From contig NMRA01000343.1 of NCBI GenBank assembly GCA_002633005.1, positions 270,240 through 334,239 of the forward strand: a stretch of 64,000 nt of DNA, written 5' to 3'. Each line of letters begins with the position of its first letter. Within the stretch, counting starts at the first letter, position 1. Origin of the DNA: Phoronis australis (Eukaryota > Animalia > Phoronida). The translations under genes and the position numbers were made by a program. Of this stretch, positions 62,620-64,000 are shown piece after piece. A model generated the notes under the pieces. The model had not been told where the DNA came from. It did no database searches and saw only the letters and a program-made list of their open reading frames with translations.

Positions 62620-62665
62620 TATTCACGTGACGTGATATCAAACAGATTGTAGACCAGCCAATAAG
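62620..62665 (-). promoter_or_regulatory. Candidate SLC36 proximal promoter: CLEAR/E-box GTCACGTGA plus CCAAT
   Basis: TCACGTGAC at 62623-62631 (~90 nt upstream of the ATG), overlapping TGACGTGA; CCAAT at 62658-62662; a second TCACGTGAC at 63482-63490. Confidence 0.45.
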
Positions 62666-64000
62666 TGAAATTCATGATGTGATAAGGGAGAAAGGGTGGA
62701 AAGAAAGGCCAGCGTCATATTTTTGTGTAACGTCCATTCCGGTGAATTTTCAGTCACTCAAGTAACGTTTTATGAAATCCGTTTTATTGGTAACAAAGAT
62801 GGTCCAGGGTTACGATTAAATATTCGAGGTGAAAACAGGTGAACACTTGATGTGTCAGGTCCTGAACTTTCGCTGTCAGGGATGATCCCTATATATATTA
62901 CGGTCAGTAGTTTCATATACTGGATAGCATACGCGTAAGCGAATTCTGGTGTTATTTGTGCTAATATCAAACTGATATGACAAAGAAATTAAACGATAAG
63001 AACAAATGTGGGCTTAATTATTTTGAATACGCATGCAAAGTGTAGGAAAAGATAACGCTTACGGTCATGTAGGACAATCGAATCATGTCCAATATGGCAA
63101 ACTTATTAGGAACATCATATCTCCATCTGGCTCATCAGACTTATGTAAAACTTTCTGATCCCATATGCTTCATGTTTCTCCAGTACACTTTTACGTTTGC
63201 ATGAGGGGCTAGTCAAAAATAGAACTTCTGTTATTTTTTATCAGTGAAAAAAATCAAAAAAGTTGCATGATAAGTGATCAATGAAAACTATGACAACGTT
63301 TTTAAGCGGCAACTGCGTTTTGGACAAGATACAGCCGATTAATTTGGATACCCACTCATTTTGAGAGTGGACGCGAAAGTCGACGCGTTTGAGAGTGGGG
63401 AGACATCATGCGGAAAAAATCGCCCTATTGTACGATTTTGATGTAGAAAAACAACACCATTTGAAGGGCTACACGAGTTAATCACGTGACTGTACTAAGC
63501 TTTTTCAGCGGGAATCTCGAGCTCGGTCAAATGACTGAACTTAGCCTGAAATGTACAAACAACTGCACGTGTCATCAAAAGTGAGAACATATTCTGCAGT
63601 GCAGATAGGAGCCCTTGATTACAGCTGGAAAAAGAAAAGAAAGTTTGAGAGGTTTGAACTCCCAAAATGAATCCCTTTGTAGGGAAGTTTGTCAGAAAAA
63701 GGAATGTATATCTTTTGGATGGAAACTGGTCGTCATTCTGAGGGGCAATGATGTCCGCTCCACGGCGTGGGAGCCCCGGCCCGGGCCTGGCGGCTAGTTC
63801 ACCGACGGCATCTTTCGTCAATAGAGTTTGTACAAGTACCGCCGTCGTCAAGAGAGGTATTCTTTAGCAGAGTAGGAAATCTGAGCGACAAAGATCCGTG
63901 GAGAGTTGGATATCACAAGGGGGGGGGGCCCAACATTTTGTCCGGCTGGAAGCATTTGCGCAAACTGAACCACGATTGTAGATGCGCATAGCACCGAATG

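Overview
Eukaryotic, intron-rich, AT-rich animal DNA, probably a marine invertebrate (inferred; taxon not determinable from the sequence alone). It holds two well-supported convergent multi-exon genes. One is NUP98-NUP96 (+, 17088..47251; 35 visible coding exons; FG repeats, GLEBS, autoproteolytic domain with HF|SKYG, Nup96). The other is an SLC36/PAT-type amino-acid transporter (-, 51615..62532; 8 exons, 477 aa). The probable last exon of a single-pass membrane protein lies at the left edge. The 3.5-14.4 kb region is transposon debris: a Penelope-like 3' end with a degenerate hammerhead ribozyme, a non-LTR retrotransposon with a 5' inversion, and a 3.3-kb element with long, internally repetitive inverted arms around a transposase remnant. 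Introns carry several MITEs and tandem duplications. Two near-identical duplications flank single-N gaps (2171, 39781) and look like uncollapsed haplotypes, and a Nup96 segment appears lost at the gap at 41199. I found no convincing wholly new biological system. The best leads are a His-to-Asn change at the SLC36 proton-coupling position, a candidate Nup98-only isoform, a GOLD-like single-pass protein and the unusual retroelement structures. All family assignments are by eye and from memory; no searches were run.
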